DNA from: Felis catus
Lineage: Eukaryota
Direction: 5' to 3'
Assembly (NCBI RefSeq): GCF_018350175.1
Contig: NC_058368.1
Span: 175,338,001-175,402,000 of the forward strand
Length of the DNA stretch: 64,000 nucleotides
Below the pieces are notes generated by a model. That model made no database searches. It worked only from the letters and a program-made list of their open reading frames with translations, and had not been told where the DNA came from. Positions within the stretch are counted from its first letter, which is position 1; every line of letters starts with the position of its first letter. Both the position numbers and the translations under genes were made by a program. Below are positions 25,960-38,329 of this stretch, piece after piece.

Positions 25960-26625
25960 TCTCTCTCTCTCAGTTTCACTGCAGGGAGATCTTTCCATGC
26001 AGTGGGATATGCACCTGTCGTGCGGCACCTGGCTCCTGTGTAGTATTTCGCAGTGTGCGCCCACCGCACTTCTGACTTGTGTTTGCCCCTAATGGGCACC
26101 CAGGTTGCCTTAGATCCTCGCCTCCCCTTCCACACAGATCCTAGCAAATGACTATCCTAGTACATGTTTCCCCTGCAGACCTTGGAAAGAAGCAAGCTGA
26201 GCTATATACCCAGCTCAATTAGCCAACACATGGCACATGCATCCTTAACTTTGCCACGTGCTACAGATCACTCTCCGGGACTCCGCCCGAGCTGGGCTCT
26301 TGTTTCTAAGCCCATGTGCTCTGGTCGCCCACATCCTCACCAGCACTTGGAATTATTCGCTCACCGATGTTCGCCGCACTAATTCATACAAATTGATCGT
26401 CATAGTGTTGTTCTCACTTCCGTTTCCCCCATTGATGGTGAGACTGAGCCCTTCTTCGCATATGGCTCGGCCATTGGGATTCCCCGTGTATGAAGAAAAT
26501 GTTCATCTCATTGCCCTATATCCTGAGTTCTGTATTTTCTTTAATTGGTTTGTAGGATTTCTTTACATAGCACATGTTCCAGTGATTGGTTGAAATGGAA
26601 TACGGCAAAAAATCTTTACTCAGCC
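25960..26625 (-). mobile_element. Ancient L1M (L1ME-like) fragment
   Basis: gagatctttccatg...aatgggcacccaggttg...ttttctcact/ctgagcccttcttcgcatatgg resemble degenerate antisense L1M 3' sequence. Confidence 0.5.
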
Positions 26626-26629
26626 TGTC

Positions 26630-26868
26630 GTTTGTTTGTTTTTTATTGTTTGTTTTTTAATGTTTTATTCATTTTTAAGAGAGAGAGAGACAGACAGAGT
26701 ACAAGCGGGAAGGGCAGAGAGAGAGAGAGGGAAATACAGAACTCAAAGCAGGCTCCAGGCTCTGAGATGTCAGCACAGAGCCCAATGAGGGGCTCGAACT
26801 CATGAACCATAAGATGATAACCTGAACCGAAGTCGGACACTCAACCGACAGAGCCACCCAGGCACCCC
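26630..26868 (-). mobile_element. SINEC (older, diverged)
   Basis: gagccacccaggcacccc end, (GA)n and T-rich tail. Confidence 0.9.
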
Positions 26869-27356
26869 AAGACTTCCTGATTAATGTAATCAGGATTTAT
26901 AGAGATATACAAAAACAGTAACCTTTTCTTAGTGTGATTCAATGTTATTTAATACCTTTTCTCCAATCTCCTAAAACACCTCCCTGTATCAGCGGTATTT
27001 TTAAAAGCCAGAGTTCTAATGAATCCCTTCTCTGTCCCCTGATAGGCTTTTTATGTTCTTTCCCCTTCACCTATGTCTGATAATAGGTTTCTGATCATTG
27101 CAACTAAAAGCATCATAACAAAGTGAAGTACCTGCAAGTTAAGGGACAGTTGTTCTAATTTATTAAGAACTGAGCTTACACTGATGGACATAGGGAAAGG
27201 GAAGAAAAATAGGACAAAGCCAGAGAGGGAGGCAAACCATAAGAGACTCTTCAATACGGAGAACAAACAATGTTGCTGGTAGGGAGGCGGGTGGGGGGAT
27301 GGGCTAAATGGGTGATGGGTGTTAAGGAGGTTACTTGGTGGGATCAGCACTGGGTG

Positions 27357-27581
27357 TTTTTTTTTTTAATTTTTTTTTCAACGTTTATTTATTTTTGGGA
27401 CACAGAGAGACAGAGCATGAACGGGAGAGGGGCAGAGAGAGAGGGAGACACAGAATCGGAAACAGGCTCCAGGTTCTGAGCCATCAGCCCAGAGCCTGAC
27501 GCGGGGCTCGAACTCCCGGACCACGAGATCGTGACCTGGCTGAAGTCGGATGCTTAACCGACTGCGCCACCCAGGCGCCCC
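27357..27581 (-). mobile_element. Young SINEC_Fc nested in L1
   Basis: Full length; ctgggtgttttt duplicated at 27350 and 27586. Confidence 0.95.
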
Positions 27582-27659
27582 ATTGCTGGGTGTTTTTGTA
27601 AGTGATGGATCACTAAACTCTACTCCTGAAACCAATACTACACCACATATTAACTAACT

Positions 27660-27825
27660 TAAATTTAAATAAAATAAAATAAAATAAAATAAATAAAATA
27701 CAATAAAATACAATAAAATAAATAAAATAAAATAAAATAAAATAAAATAAATAAAATAAATAAAATAAATAAAATAAAATAAATAAAATAAAATAAAATA
27801 AAATAAAATAAAATAAAATAAAATT
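27660..27825 (+). repeat. (AAAAT/AAAT)n microsatellite from the L1 tail
   Basis: ~165 bp of aaaat/aaat units. Confidence 0.95.
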
Positions 27826-28416
27826 AGAACCGAGCTCACAGGAAATTGGCATACATCACTTCCTCCCATATTCTGGTGTCCAGAACTCAATCATATGAAC
27901 CCTTCCTAGAAACAAGGGGGTCTGGGAAATGTAGTCCAGAGCTCAATGCCTGCTTTCTTGCACCAGGGAATGGATACATGAATCTTGTGTGGACAGTCTT
28001 CCATATACCGTCACGAGCAGCTAGCACAGGGCTGGACATGTTAGAGGAGCTGGGCTGAGGAAGGGAAAGAAGGAAGCAAAAGAGGACAGAGGAAAAGAAT
28101 GTGACTTATCCTTTCCCTTTAGGTGGGGGGGAAAAATGCCATTCACCCTTTAAGCCTCACTCTTTTAAATGAGCATGAACTACTTTTTCCACAGACATGT
28201 TGATATGTAGCATAATGTAGAGATACTTTTGTAGTTTTATTAAGCAGCTTCATTTTCAGTCCCAGCAACTTTCTGGGAGGACATGATATACAGATGGATG
28301 CCTGAAAGGTCACCTGGAAAATACATCTCCATAAATGAAATCTGGTCTTCCCTTGGCCCTCATTATGCTATCAGTCAAGTTTCTCCGGGAGCATATTTCT
28401 AAGCCATATCGTCTTT

Positions 28417-28641
28417 TTTTTTTATTTAATTTTTTTAACGTTTATTTATTTTTGAGATAGGGAGAGACAGAGCATGAACAGGGGAGGGGCAGAGAGAGAG
28501 AGGGAGGCACAGAATCTGAAACGGGCTCCAGGCTCTGAGCTGTCAGCACAGAGCCCGAAGCGGGGCTTGAACTCACGAACTGTGAGATCATGACCTGAGC
28601 CGAAGTCGGACGCCTAACCGACTGAGCCACCCAGGGGCCCC
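28417..28641 (-). mobile_element. SINEC (Fc2-like)
   Basis: 17-bp TSD taagccatatcgtcttt at 28400-28416 and 28642-28658. Confidence 0.94.
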
Positions 28642-28759
28642 TAAGCCATATCGTCTTTAAGGACTCAGCTAAACGTACAGTATTGCACCCTGGAGTGCGT
28701 GTGAGAGATGGCTCTCAAAACAAGTCACAGAATAAAATGGCCTGGGACTAAGAATGCGA

Positions 28760-29212
28760 TGTGAGTTTGCTAAGGCTGCTGTAACCGCATACCACAGGAG
28801 GGTGGCTTAAACCACAGAAATTTATTGTCTTGTAGTTCCGGAGGCCAGAAGTCTGAGGTCAAGGCGGGTGGGTTCCCTCTGTCGACACTGAGGAAGAACG
28901 TATTCCCCGCCTCTCTCCCGGCTTCTGGGCGATTTGCCGGTGATCTTCGGCATTCCTATACTTGTAGGTGCATCTTTCTGATCTCTGTTGCACGTTCACG
29001 TGGCGATCTTCCTGTGGCCATGTCTGTCTCTGTGTCCGCATTTCCCACTTTTACTGGGAAACCAGTCACCTTGGATTAGAGCCCACCTTAATGACCTCCT
29101 TGTAAGTTGGTCATTGGTAAAGACCCTATTTCCCAATAAGGTCCCATTCTGAGATTCTCAGCGTTAGGACTTAAACCCATGAACTCGTGGGGGACACGAG
29201 TCAATCCGTTAG
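28760..29212 (-). mobile_element. MaLR LTR (MLT1B/C-like)
   Basis: ggctgctgtaac...ggtggcttaaaccacagaaatttattgtct...ggaggccagaagtctgaggtcaagg...aaagaccctatttcccaataaggtcccattctgag. Confidence 0.85.
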
Positions 29213-29739
29213 AGTCACTGTCTGAAAGTCAAAATGTTTAGGAGAGAAAGAGCAGGTGGCAGGTCAGGGCGCAAAGCATACTACACCAAAGTCAGCCAGC
29301 CTCTGTGAAGTCCTCGTGGTCTGTGGCTGCAGAACAGGAAACACTTTTGGACGTGGCCAGCAGAACTTAAAATAGCTACTGCCCTCTGAAAGAATGGGCT
29401 CGGGGAGATGATTAGAATATGCATGCTGGGGGCGGAGCCCCGGGCTGCAACCCAGGCTTACCTCTAACCAACGATCTGACTTGACAGGTGAAACTTTGTT
29501 TTCTCATCTGTAACCTCGGGTGACCCATGCCTCATCAGATTGTTATGGTGACCCAATGAGCAAAATGCCTGAGAAGCCGCTCAAAGCAGGCGCTGTGCTG
29601 AGCCCTGGGCATAGAATGTGACGTTGGAGACAAACCTACCTTAAAGGACCCATACAGGGAGGAGCCACGCCCACCACCCAGACGTAACCAGCGCTTGGCT
29701 GCGTTTCCTTAATCACGTATCTCTCCACCCTTCATCCGG

Positions 29740-30825
29740 TCCCTATCCTACCTCAGCTTTCATGCATTTCAAAGTACACTCCCTCCCAAACGTTTCAGCA
29801 TGCGTGTCATCAACCAGTGTTCAATATCCATTTACAGTTCTTTTATGTATTGCGAGGTAGAATTTCATATGGCGAAATGCACAAATCTTCCAAGTACCTG
29901 CTGACGGGTTTTGACAAATGACGCCCCTGTGAAACGCAAGCAGGCGTCAAGACAGAACACTCACATCACTCCAGAACCTTCCTCGTGCTCCTTGCCCCTC
30001 GATCTCCACACCCACCCACCCTCAGGGGCAGCCACTGTCTTTTTGTTTTGTTTTGTTTTTTCACTATTTGTATATTTATTAATATATTGCCCATTAATTG
30101 ATATAAATAGAAAAATCACATGTTTATTTCTATGAGTGCTGTAAAGGGTTTTTTTTCTTTTCTTTTCTTTTCTTCCTCCCCCCCCCCCCCCCCCCCCCAC
30201 TGTCTTAACTTCTATCGTTACAGATTAGTTTGGGCTGTTGAAAAACTTTATGTAAATGAATCTGATAGTCTGCACCCTTTTTTTTTTTTTTTGAGGGAGA
30301 GAGAGGGCACAGGTGAGTGGGGGGACAGGCAGAGAGAGCGAGAATCCCAAACAGGCTATGTGCTAATGGTGTTGGAACTCGCAAACTGTGAGATCATGAC
30401 TTGAGCCAACATCAAGAGCGGGACACTTAACTGACTGAGCCACCCAGGTGCCCCATATAGCCTGTACTCTCGGAGGCAAGCTACTTTCACACACTATCAT
30501 GCTTCCAGTTTCCATCGACGTTATTGTATAGACCAGCGTTCCTTCCTTTGGTTTCCTAGTGGTGTTCCATCATGGGGAGACGTCACGGTTCCGCTACCCA
30601 GTCTCCCACTGACGCACACCTGGGCTCTTTCCCGTGTTTTGGCCATTGTGGAAAATGCTGCTATGGAGAGTCTTACACGAGTCTTTGTGTAGACATGTGC
30701 CTTCATATTGAAGAGTGCCATTGCTGACCGCGCAGTAGGGTTATGTTTCGTGTCATTAAAAAAAAAAAAAACAAAAAAAAAAAACTCCCATAACTTTTTC
30801 CAAAGTAGTTGCATCAGTGTATATT
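29740..30825 (-). mobile_element. Ancient L1M (L1MB/MC-like) 3' fragments with an old SINEC at 30278-30454
   Basis: gaaatgcacaaatctt...ttttgacaaatg...catcactccagaa; tttggccattgtggaaaatgctgctatg...ttttccaaagtagttgcatc. Confidence 0.7.
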
Positions 30826-33574
30826 CCCCCCAACAATTTCTTAAGATTCCAAAAAAGGAAGATCGCTCTGGTGGCCTCTGAGGAAGACCCGCTGGAAGAA
30901 GAAAACGAGACCGACCGGAGGCAGGTGACTGACTGGGAGGACTTTGCAATATTCTGGGGCAGGGCGACAGAGGCTGGACAATTACCTCCCAAATCACAAA
31001 CATATCTCTTCTAAGAAAAATTATAATGCAGCCTAAACTTGATCCTCCGTGTCTGTCTCGAATAACCCGAAACTCTGACCAGGACACAAGACGGAGCTCG
31101 GAGAGAGAGGGCTCCATTCTTTAGACAGTCATTTCTTGGAACCAAAAAGACTTACAAATGTGGACTATTTTAACGGTCATGCCAGTGCATTCTTTTCTTA
31201 ACTCTGAAAATGTCTGAACTCTTTCATACCGGGGTGGGGGTGGGGGGGATAGCACGGGCTGAGAGAGGAGACTCTTACAACACTGCTTCTCCGTTCCTTC
31301 CCTGCCCTACAGCTGTTGCCGTGAATGGAGTCCTTGCATTTGGCCTCCTTATCGGGACTCCCTTCAACATGGTTTTGAGCGCTGGCCAGGGAGCTAAGCC
31401 CGGAGTTGGGGTCTCCAGCCCTCTCCATGCGTCTGTGAACCTCTTCGCAAATTGTCATCAATCCCTTTTTCTCCTTATACTATCTGGGAATCTTCCAACT
31501 GGGGGAGCGGAGCCCTGGGAGTGCACAAAGACTTGGATGTGCTTTAGGGAACCGGTTGCCAGATTTTCGGCTTGCAAAAGCACAACCTTCCAAAATGCGC
31601 TCCCCACCAGCTTGTAGGGTCTCTGTTCTCCTTTCCCACCTCCCCTTTTACAAAACCCTGTCCTGCACCTAACAGAAGAAAGGCTTGCTTCCCTTCCATC
31701 ATAATTAGTACTCTAATGCTTTGCCACAGGGGGCCAAGGTTGCCAGGCCCAAATAGAGGGAAAGATTTGAGACAACAGCTCTAGGGGGAGAGTCCCTTAG
31801 CAAAGCAAAGACCTTCAGTGAAGAAATTCCTTGCGGGGCTTCCTTCTGGCTTTATTCAACTGTGTATTGGTCTATTTCCGTCTGTATATCTACCTGTCTG
31901 TCTTTCTCTCTGTGTGTCTGTCTGTCCAACTTAGAACTGGAGTTCAGAAGGGCGATCGTGTCAGGGTTCAGTTTTTTCAACCAAGCGGTGAAGTCAGATG
32001 CTTCCTGACCGTTTGATTTGGCTGATAGTTTAAATAAATGGCCTTGCCATTTAGACAAGGCAGCAGACGGGTTTTCAAAACTGAAAAAGCTTAAATGTGC
32101 AGCTTCAACGTTCCAAAGGAAATGTATTTAAAGCAGGTACTTAGCATACAATAAATAGTAAGCAGCATCTCTTACGACTATTTAAACTTGTGATTTACAT
32201 ATCAACCTGAAAAGGTACAGGGGAAAACGAAGCTGTTTAAATGATTGTTGTTTTCAGGGGACTTGGAGTGAAATATTTTGAAGCCCTGTGTCTTGGAATG
32301 TCACCTGTCATCCATCCAAACTGCTTTCTCAAGGTGTTTCTTCCACATAAACACCATGCCCTTCTGAGAAGGAAATCTGGCGTGTTGACTTCTCCCTGCT
32401 TCATTGTTGCAGGGAAAAAAAAAAATGAAATAAAACTAACAAAACTGTCCCTTCGCTTTGGGAAAAAGAAATGTATTTGCAAAAGACTCAATCGGCCACA
32501 GTAAAGCAGTCTAATAGGCCTGGATCAAAGACAGACCTATCACAGAGGAGCAGACTCTCAGGCCCACCTCTCGGGCATACAAAACTTCCAGGCCTCAGTT
32601 GAAAGAGGCTTTCTTCCCAGAGCTGTAAGAAGGTGCTGCAGGCCGAAGCCCAAGCCAGTGGCAAATGCTGAGTCCCCAACGCCCTTGTCGTCCTTCCCTT
32701 GGAAGGCCTGCTCTCCCCCTACGGCAGCAGCCAGCCGGGCATCGCCGGGCAAGGGCGGAGGAGACCGGCCCGGCCTAGGGCTGGCCTGAACCGGGCCCCC
32801 ACCGGGCTTCCCCCGGGGTTGCTGAGAAAGGGGTCAGAGAACAACTAATGAAAAGCACCACCTCTCACTCAGGAGAAAATGACAACAATGACTTCTTTAA
32901 AAGCTTTCCTTCCATGTCCCTTCCAAAGGCAATTACGTGCCAAGTACCTTTGCTGATGCCAAGCCCAAATTGCTGATGCCAAGCCCAAATTGCTGATGCT
33001 ATTCTATCTAGCTCCTGATTGCAAAGGCGTTGGAGAGCTAACAGCAAAGTCGTGAGCGAGAGAGTTTGTTTCCAGCTCATCCAGTCCAAATGAAGTTTCG
33101 TTTCGCTCCTAGGTTCTCTCTCCTGGCCAGTTCAGGGCTGGCGGCCGTGGATGTGTGCCTGTGGACGCGAGGGGGTCGTTAGTATCTGGGGGTGCTTGTC
33201 CCCACCACCACGCTGTGAAACCCCTGACACCAGAGGCTGTGGCGGAGGCCGGGGGCTCCCCTCTGCAAGTCCCCAGCAGCCACTCCAGGCCTGGGCACTG
33301 CCCCAGTGGTTGCGGGAAATTTAAAAGAATGGAGGGCATCGCTTTGGAGCTGTGCTTGGCATCCGTCGCCATCACCTTGAAGGTGGTAGGGGTCTGCATT
33401 TCGGGAGTCACTGGCTCCCCAGTTCCTAGCAGAGACCTGGCACGTGGCTCAGGGGACTGACGCTGAATCGGATAGATTTACTCAAACCCGTGTTCGTTTA
33501 TTAGAACAAGCACACAGCGAACGGTTGTGGCGTGCAGCTTAGAGAAAGAGCACAGCCTCCGGGGCTTCGATGAG

Positions 33575-34210
33575 TCGGCCAGGGCCGCTGTTGACCCAAA
33601 CCGCAGGCCGAGGGGCTGAAAATCACCGCTCTGGAGCTAGAAGTCTAAGGTCAAGGAGCTGGCGAGGTCGTTGCCTTCTGAGGGCCATGAGAGAGAAGGT
33701 GCCCAGGCCTCTCTCTGGCTTCTGCCGCTTTGCGGGCAGCTTTGGTTTCCAGATGCATGACTCTGTTCCTCTGTCTTCACCAGGTGTTTTCCCGGCGCCC
33801 ATGTTTCTGCATCTAAATTTCCCCCTTTTTAGAAGGACACCAGTCATACAGGATCAGGGCCCGCTTTTTTCTATTTTTAATATTTATTTATTTTTGAGAC
33901 AGAGACAGAGACAGAGACAGAGCATGAGTGGGGGGAGGGGAAGAGAGCGAGGGAGACACAGAATCCGAAGCAGGTTCCAGGCTCTGAGCTGTCAGCACAG
34001 AGCCCCACGCGGGACTCGAACTCACAGACCGCGAGATCATGACCTGAGCTGAAGTCAGACGCTTAACCGACGGAGCTACCCAGGCACCCCCTAATGACCT
34101 CATTTGAACTTGATTACCTCTGTACGGACCCTATTTCCTAATAAGGCATCCTGAGGTGCCAAGGGCTGAGATTTCAGCATACCTTTTTGGTGGCGGACAC
34201 ACTTCAGCCG
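33575..34210 (-). mobile_element. MaLR LTR (MLT1C-like) interrupted by a SINEC at 33865-34090
   Basis: ctggagctagaagtctaaggtcaagg...aaggacaccagtcatacaggatcagggccc[SINE]ctaatgacctcatttgaacttgattacctctgtacggaccctatttcc. Confidence 0.82.
33865..34090 (-). mobile_element. SINEC (Fc2-like)
   Basis: Full-length antisense element. Confidence 0.92.
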
Positions 34211-34353
34211 CAGCAGAGTCTACGAGACCTGAGTATAGTCATGACTCCCTGAGTTTCCGGCGGTGTTGACTGTGTGCTCTACAGACTTGAAGAGAATGCA
34301 AAGACCCCTGACGGGCTTTTCTGCAATTGCATGTCAAGAACTTTTCCCTCCCT

Positions 34354-34628
34354 GGGGCGCCTGGGTGGCGCAGTCGGTTAAGCGTCCAACTTCAGCCAGG
34401 TCACGATCTCGCGGTCCGGGAGTTCGAGCCCCACGTCGGGCTCTGGGCTGATGGCTCAGAGCCTGGAGCCTGTTTCCGATTCTGTGTCTCCCTCTCTCTC
34501 TGCCCCTCCCCTGTTCATGCTCTGTCTCTCTCTGTCCCAAAAATAAATAAACGTTGAAAAAAAAATTGAAAAAAAAAATTAAAAAAAAAATTAAAAAAAT
34601 AAAAAATAAAAAAATAAATTAAAAAAAA
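34354..34628 (+). mobile_element. Young SINEC_Fc with long A tail
   Basis: Flanked by aagaactttt(c/a)cc duplicated sequence. Confidence 0.95.
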
Positions 34629-35020
34629 GAACTTTTACCCCCCATACTGCTCCTTCTGTAGCATCTTGGAGTTCCCAAACCATTTGGATACTTTCTTAAA
34701 TGACCTTCCCAGCAGCCCTGTGAAGTAGGGACCAGCACGCTCCCTTCCTAGATGAGGAAAGTGAGACTCAGACTGGCGATATGACCTGCCCGAGGTCCCA
34801 AGAGCAGAAGCCAGTGGAGCTGGGATTCAGACTCAAGCCCAGGACTATTTGGATGCCACTGATTTGCTCTTTCATTTTCTCTTTCAAAAGCTCACTGGTC
34901 CGAATTGCATTGTTTTTTCTTTATCAATTAGTTGGACAATTTGCATAGAAGGGAATAAATTGCCAACATGAAGAGATACATCCTCCTAATCACATGTGTT
35001 TGTTTAAAGCTGCAGGGGGA

Positions 35021-35169
35021 GGGATGCCTGGGTGGCTCTGTCCGTTAAGTGTCTGATTCCCGGTCTCAGCTCAGGTCTTGATCTCACAGTCGCGAGGTCA
35101 AACCCCGTGTTGCGCTCCGAGCTGGACGTGACGTCTATTTAAAAACATAAAAATAAAAAATAAAAAAAA
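35021..35169 (+). mobile_element. Old SINEC
   Basis: gggatgcctgggtggctctgtccgttaagtgtctga...ctcaggtcttgatctc; aaagctgc on both flanks. Confidence 0.85.
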
Positions 35170-35617
35170 GCTGCCAGGGAAAAAGCTCAGCCCCACAGAC
35201 AGTCAGCAGATGCTCTCTGTCCTGCAGGAGAGGAGGACCCGGGAGCCTCCAAGCCAGAGGGCAGAGGCTGTGAGGAGGGGGGAGGACGGCGGATGGCGAG
35301 GGCAGACACAAACGACAGCACACAGCGGTTCAAAGGTCCGAACCCAGGAGCTGGAGCAGCAGGGCAGGTTCAAACCCCATCTTTACCTCTCTGAGCCTCC
35401 ATTTCTTCATCCGTAAACTGAAATGATAATGATAACACCTAGCACATATTCTACGGAGTGAATCAATAAGTCTAAAATAAGTAATACACTAGAAGGATAG
35501 ACGAGAGGCAGTGAGGGCCCAGGAGACGGGCTAACTCGGAGACAATCTCCTGCAGAGTGAGCACATAAACACTGAAGAGATGGAAATGGTGAGAAGGGCA
35601 GAAGGAGCGCGAACCTT

Positions 35618-35743
35618 GGGGCACCTGAGTGGCTCAGCTGGTTTAGCGTCTGGCTCCTGATTTCGGCTCAGGTCATGATCTCATGGTTCGTGGGTACAAG
35701 CCCCACGCTGGGCTCTGTGCTGGCAGCATGGGGCCTGCTTGAG

Positions 35744-35784
<41 letters not shown>

Positions 35785-35843
35785 CTTCCCTGCTTGCTGT
35801 CTTTCAAAATAAATCAATAACTATTTTTAAAAATTGTTTAAAA
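35618..35843 (+). mobile_element. Old SINEC with (CT)n
   Basis: ggggcacctgagtggctcagctgg...gattctctctct; degenerate TSD gagcgcgaacct/gagtgtgaacct. Confidence 0.88.
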
Positions 35844-36439
35844 AGAGTGTGAACCTCACTCTGTAAATTCAAGTGGACAAGATCTCCCTCTTTTTTTCCC
35901 CCAAACTCAGTTACATTCTTATCTGAGCCCCCAGTCTGCTAGGCTAGCAAGAGACATAACCTCAGTCCTTTGAGGCATTTGGTTCTGGAATCTTAGGCAT
36001 CTCTTAGCAACAAGTGTGCCTGTCTCCATGGCCTCTTTCAGGCGTCTTCTGAGCTGCCTCCAGTCTTTGGAGGCCCATCCATCCTCTTGGACATGCCACC
36101 ATAGCCATTCCTCTGGGAGGGGGTCACCCTTGGTGGGGGTAAGCGGTATGCAGGGCTCCCTCCTCTCCATGACCCACAGAACTATCTCTTCTATCGTGTG
36201 CTCCCTTCAGCTCAGAGGATCCTTTTTTCTGGACTAAGACAAATCTCTCTCCATGTTTCTTCAAGACACTTCATCTGTATGCAGGAACTATCTCCCCTCG
36301 GTGGTATAGATTTTGCAAACAAAAGCAAGAAGGTCAGGAAGGCACTTTCTGCTTTACTCCCTGCCATATCCCTTTCCCACACAATGAACACAAAGACATT
36401 TGCCTATTTCACTCAGGCGCGGTGAGGAGGATGGAGAAA

Positions 36440-36900
36440 GGGGAACAAATCAAATCAAAACATCATCCCAGATGAAAGGGCATTTGAGGCTGTGGGTGCC
36501 ATCCATGAAGGGCCAGTTTGGTGGGATTGAGTGTGGGTAGGAAGGGCGGGTCATCCACAGAAGACACGAGGGGGTAGGAGGAGCCAGGGTTAAGACTGCG
36601 ATGGGCTTTCGGAGCCTGGATTTGATCCTGAGGACCAGGAAGAGCCCAAAAGAGACTGGAGGCAGGTGAACGATAGGGTCAAGGCAAGCTCTTGAGAGGG
36701 TGGAGGGAGACAGTGAGGCTGTGCGACAAGAGGTGAAGTTCTGGCAGGTGAAGGGGCATACTCGAGCCATACTTTGAAAGTGGAATGGGCAGAACTTAGC
36801 AGCTGACCAAATGTTGGTTGATTTGGGCGGCGGCGGAGGCGGGGTGGGGAGGACGCATCTAAAGTGATACCTCGGTTTCCATGTGCACCGGGGACGGACA
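36440..36900 (-). mobile_element. L2 LINE fragment
   Basis: ggatttgatcctgagg...catactttgaaagtggaatgggcagaactt...gatacctcggtttc resembles antisense L2. Confidence 0.55.
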
Positions 36901-38329
36901 CTTAGAGGAGTTATTGACACAGAGACTTTTTCAATCCATTGATTTAATCATCCGCCCAGGAGTTCACAGACAAGTCATTTGATCATAAAAATAGATTGTG
37001 TACCTCTGTGATGCAGGGGAGGATTCAACCCAGTTTGGGAGAGATGGGAAGACTTCACAGAACAAGTGATGCCTGAACTGCATCCTGACGCATGAACTAG
37101 AATGTGCGTGATGGGTGAGAGAGGTCGGAGGCTGAGGAGTTTTCTGGAGACTGCTCATCTGAAGGATCACGGAGCTGGTCATGAGCCCAGCCCCGTGTAA
37201 GGCCTCACCACTGTTACAATCAACCTGAAACAAGAGATGGGGTCCAGATGGAAAATGGACTTCTTTGGGTATTGGTCTGGACAATGCTGTCTATAATGAA
37301 ACCTAAAATTCCATTAATAACATCGTAAAAGTTGTTTTTCGTTCATGTAATAACCCGGTAGAGGCAGGTGGCTCTCCTCCCCATGGAGATTCAGGAATCC
37401 AGGCTCCTTCCATTATTCCAAAGCCCGAGAGTCCTTGGCTTCAAGATGTTGCAGAGGAGGGGGGAACGGGAGGGAAGAGAGTAGAGAAGCCCCATCACCT
37501 GCTTCTACGTGCCAACCTAGAAGTGGCACACATCGCTTTCACTCACATTTGAATGGTGAACACTAGTCTGCCATCAAGCTTGGAAACCAGGTGGGCTGGG
37601 ACAGACGATCCCTCATCAGTCCGTCAGGGCCCTCTTAGGGATAACTCCATGCTCTACCATGGGGTCAGGGCATGTTTTAGAGAGCCCAGCAATGTCCGTC
37701 ACCAACAATAACAAATTGAGCAATAGAGGAAGTATGGAAAACTGGTATAAGGAGAGATTCCTTGGCTGCAACAGGATCCAGGGAGAAAGAGAGATGCAAT
37801 TGATTGACAGCCTGCCATAGGTGCAGATAGGAGGAGTTAGGGTGGCGGTCATCTCCTTCCCACCCAAGCATGTTACTCCCATTTGTCTTTCAGTGCAATC
37901 CCTGTGGATTCACACGGTGGTCCCATGTAAGGCACAGAGGAGGTAGGAATGCTGAGGGTACAATAAAGGAATAAAGAAAGCTCTATAGGGCTCTAGAGGC
38001 ACAAGCAGTCGTGCGCTGGGCCCCTGGTAATAGAGAGAAATTCAAAGGAACACTGTCTTCCCTTACTTCACCAGAGCCTGAGGAAACGAAACCACATGGA
38101 CTCTAAGGTATCTGTGACATTGTCCAGCAGTGTCTAAGAACGTCTGGGGCATCCGTGGGGCTCAGCAGACCAGCAGAACCCAGCAGGTTCACATCTGGTC
38201 TCAAGCACATGTGAGACTCCACCTGGGCCAGGGAGGAAGGTCTTTAAGAGGAGCTGGAATCCTCCATGAGCAGATGGAGGCATGTGTTCAGGACATTTAA
38301 TGTATTGTCGTTAATAAGACCCCATCGTT

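Larger units (their letters stand above)
27181..27825 (+). mobile_element. Carnivore L1 3' end with expanded (AAAAT)n tail, interrupted by a SINEC
   Basis: gagagggaggcaaaccataagagactctt...gatggatcactaaactctactcctgaaaccaata; degenerate TSD agaac(t/c)gagct(t/c)aca at 27166-27180 and 27826-27840. Confidence 0.88.

Noticed and set aside
27613..27890. Hydrophobic ILFYF-repeat ORFs resembling membrane proteins
   Set aside because: Translations of the (AAAAT)n L1 tail.
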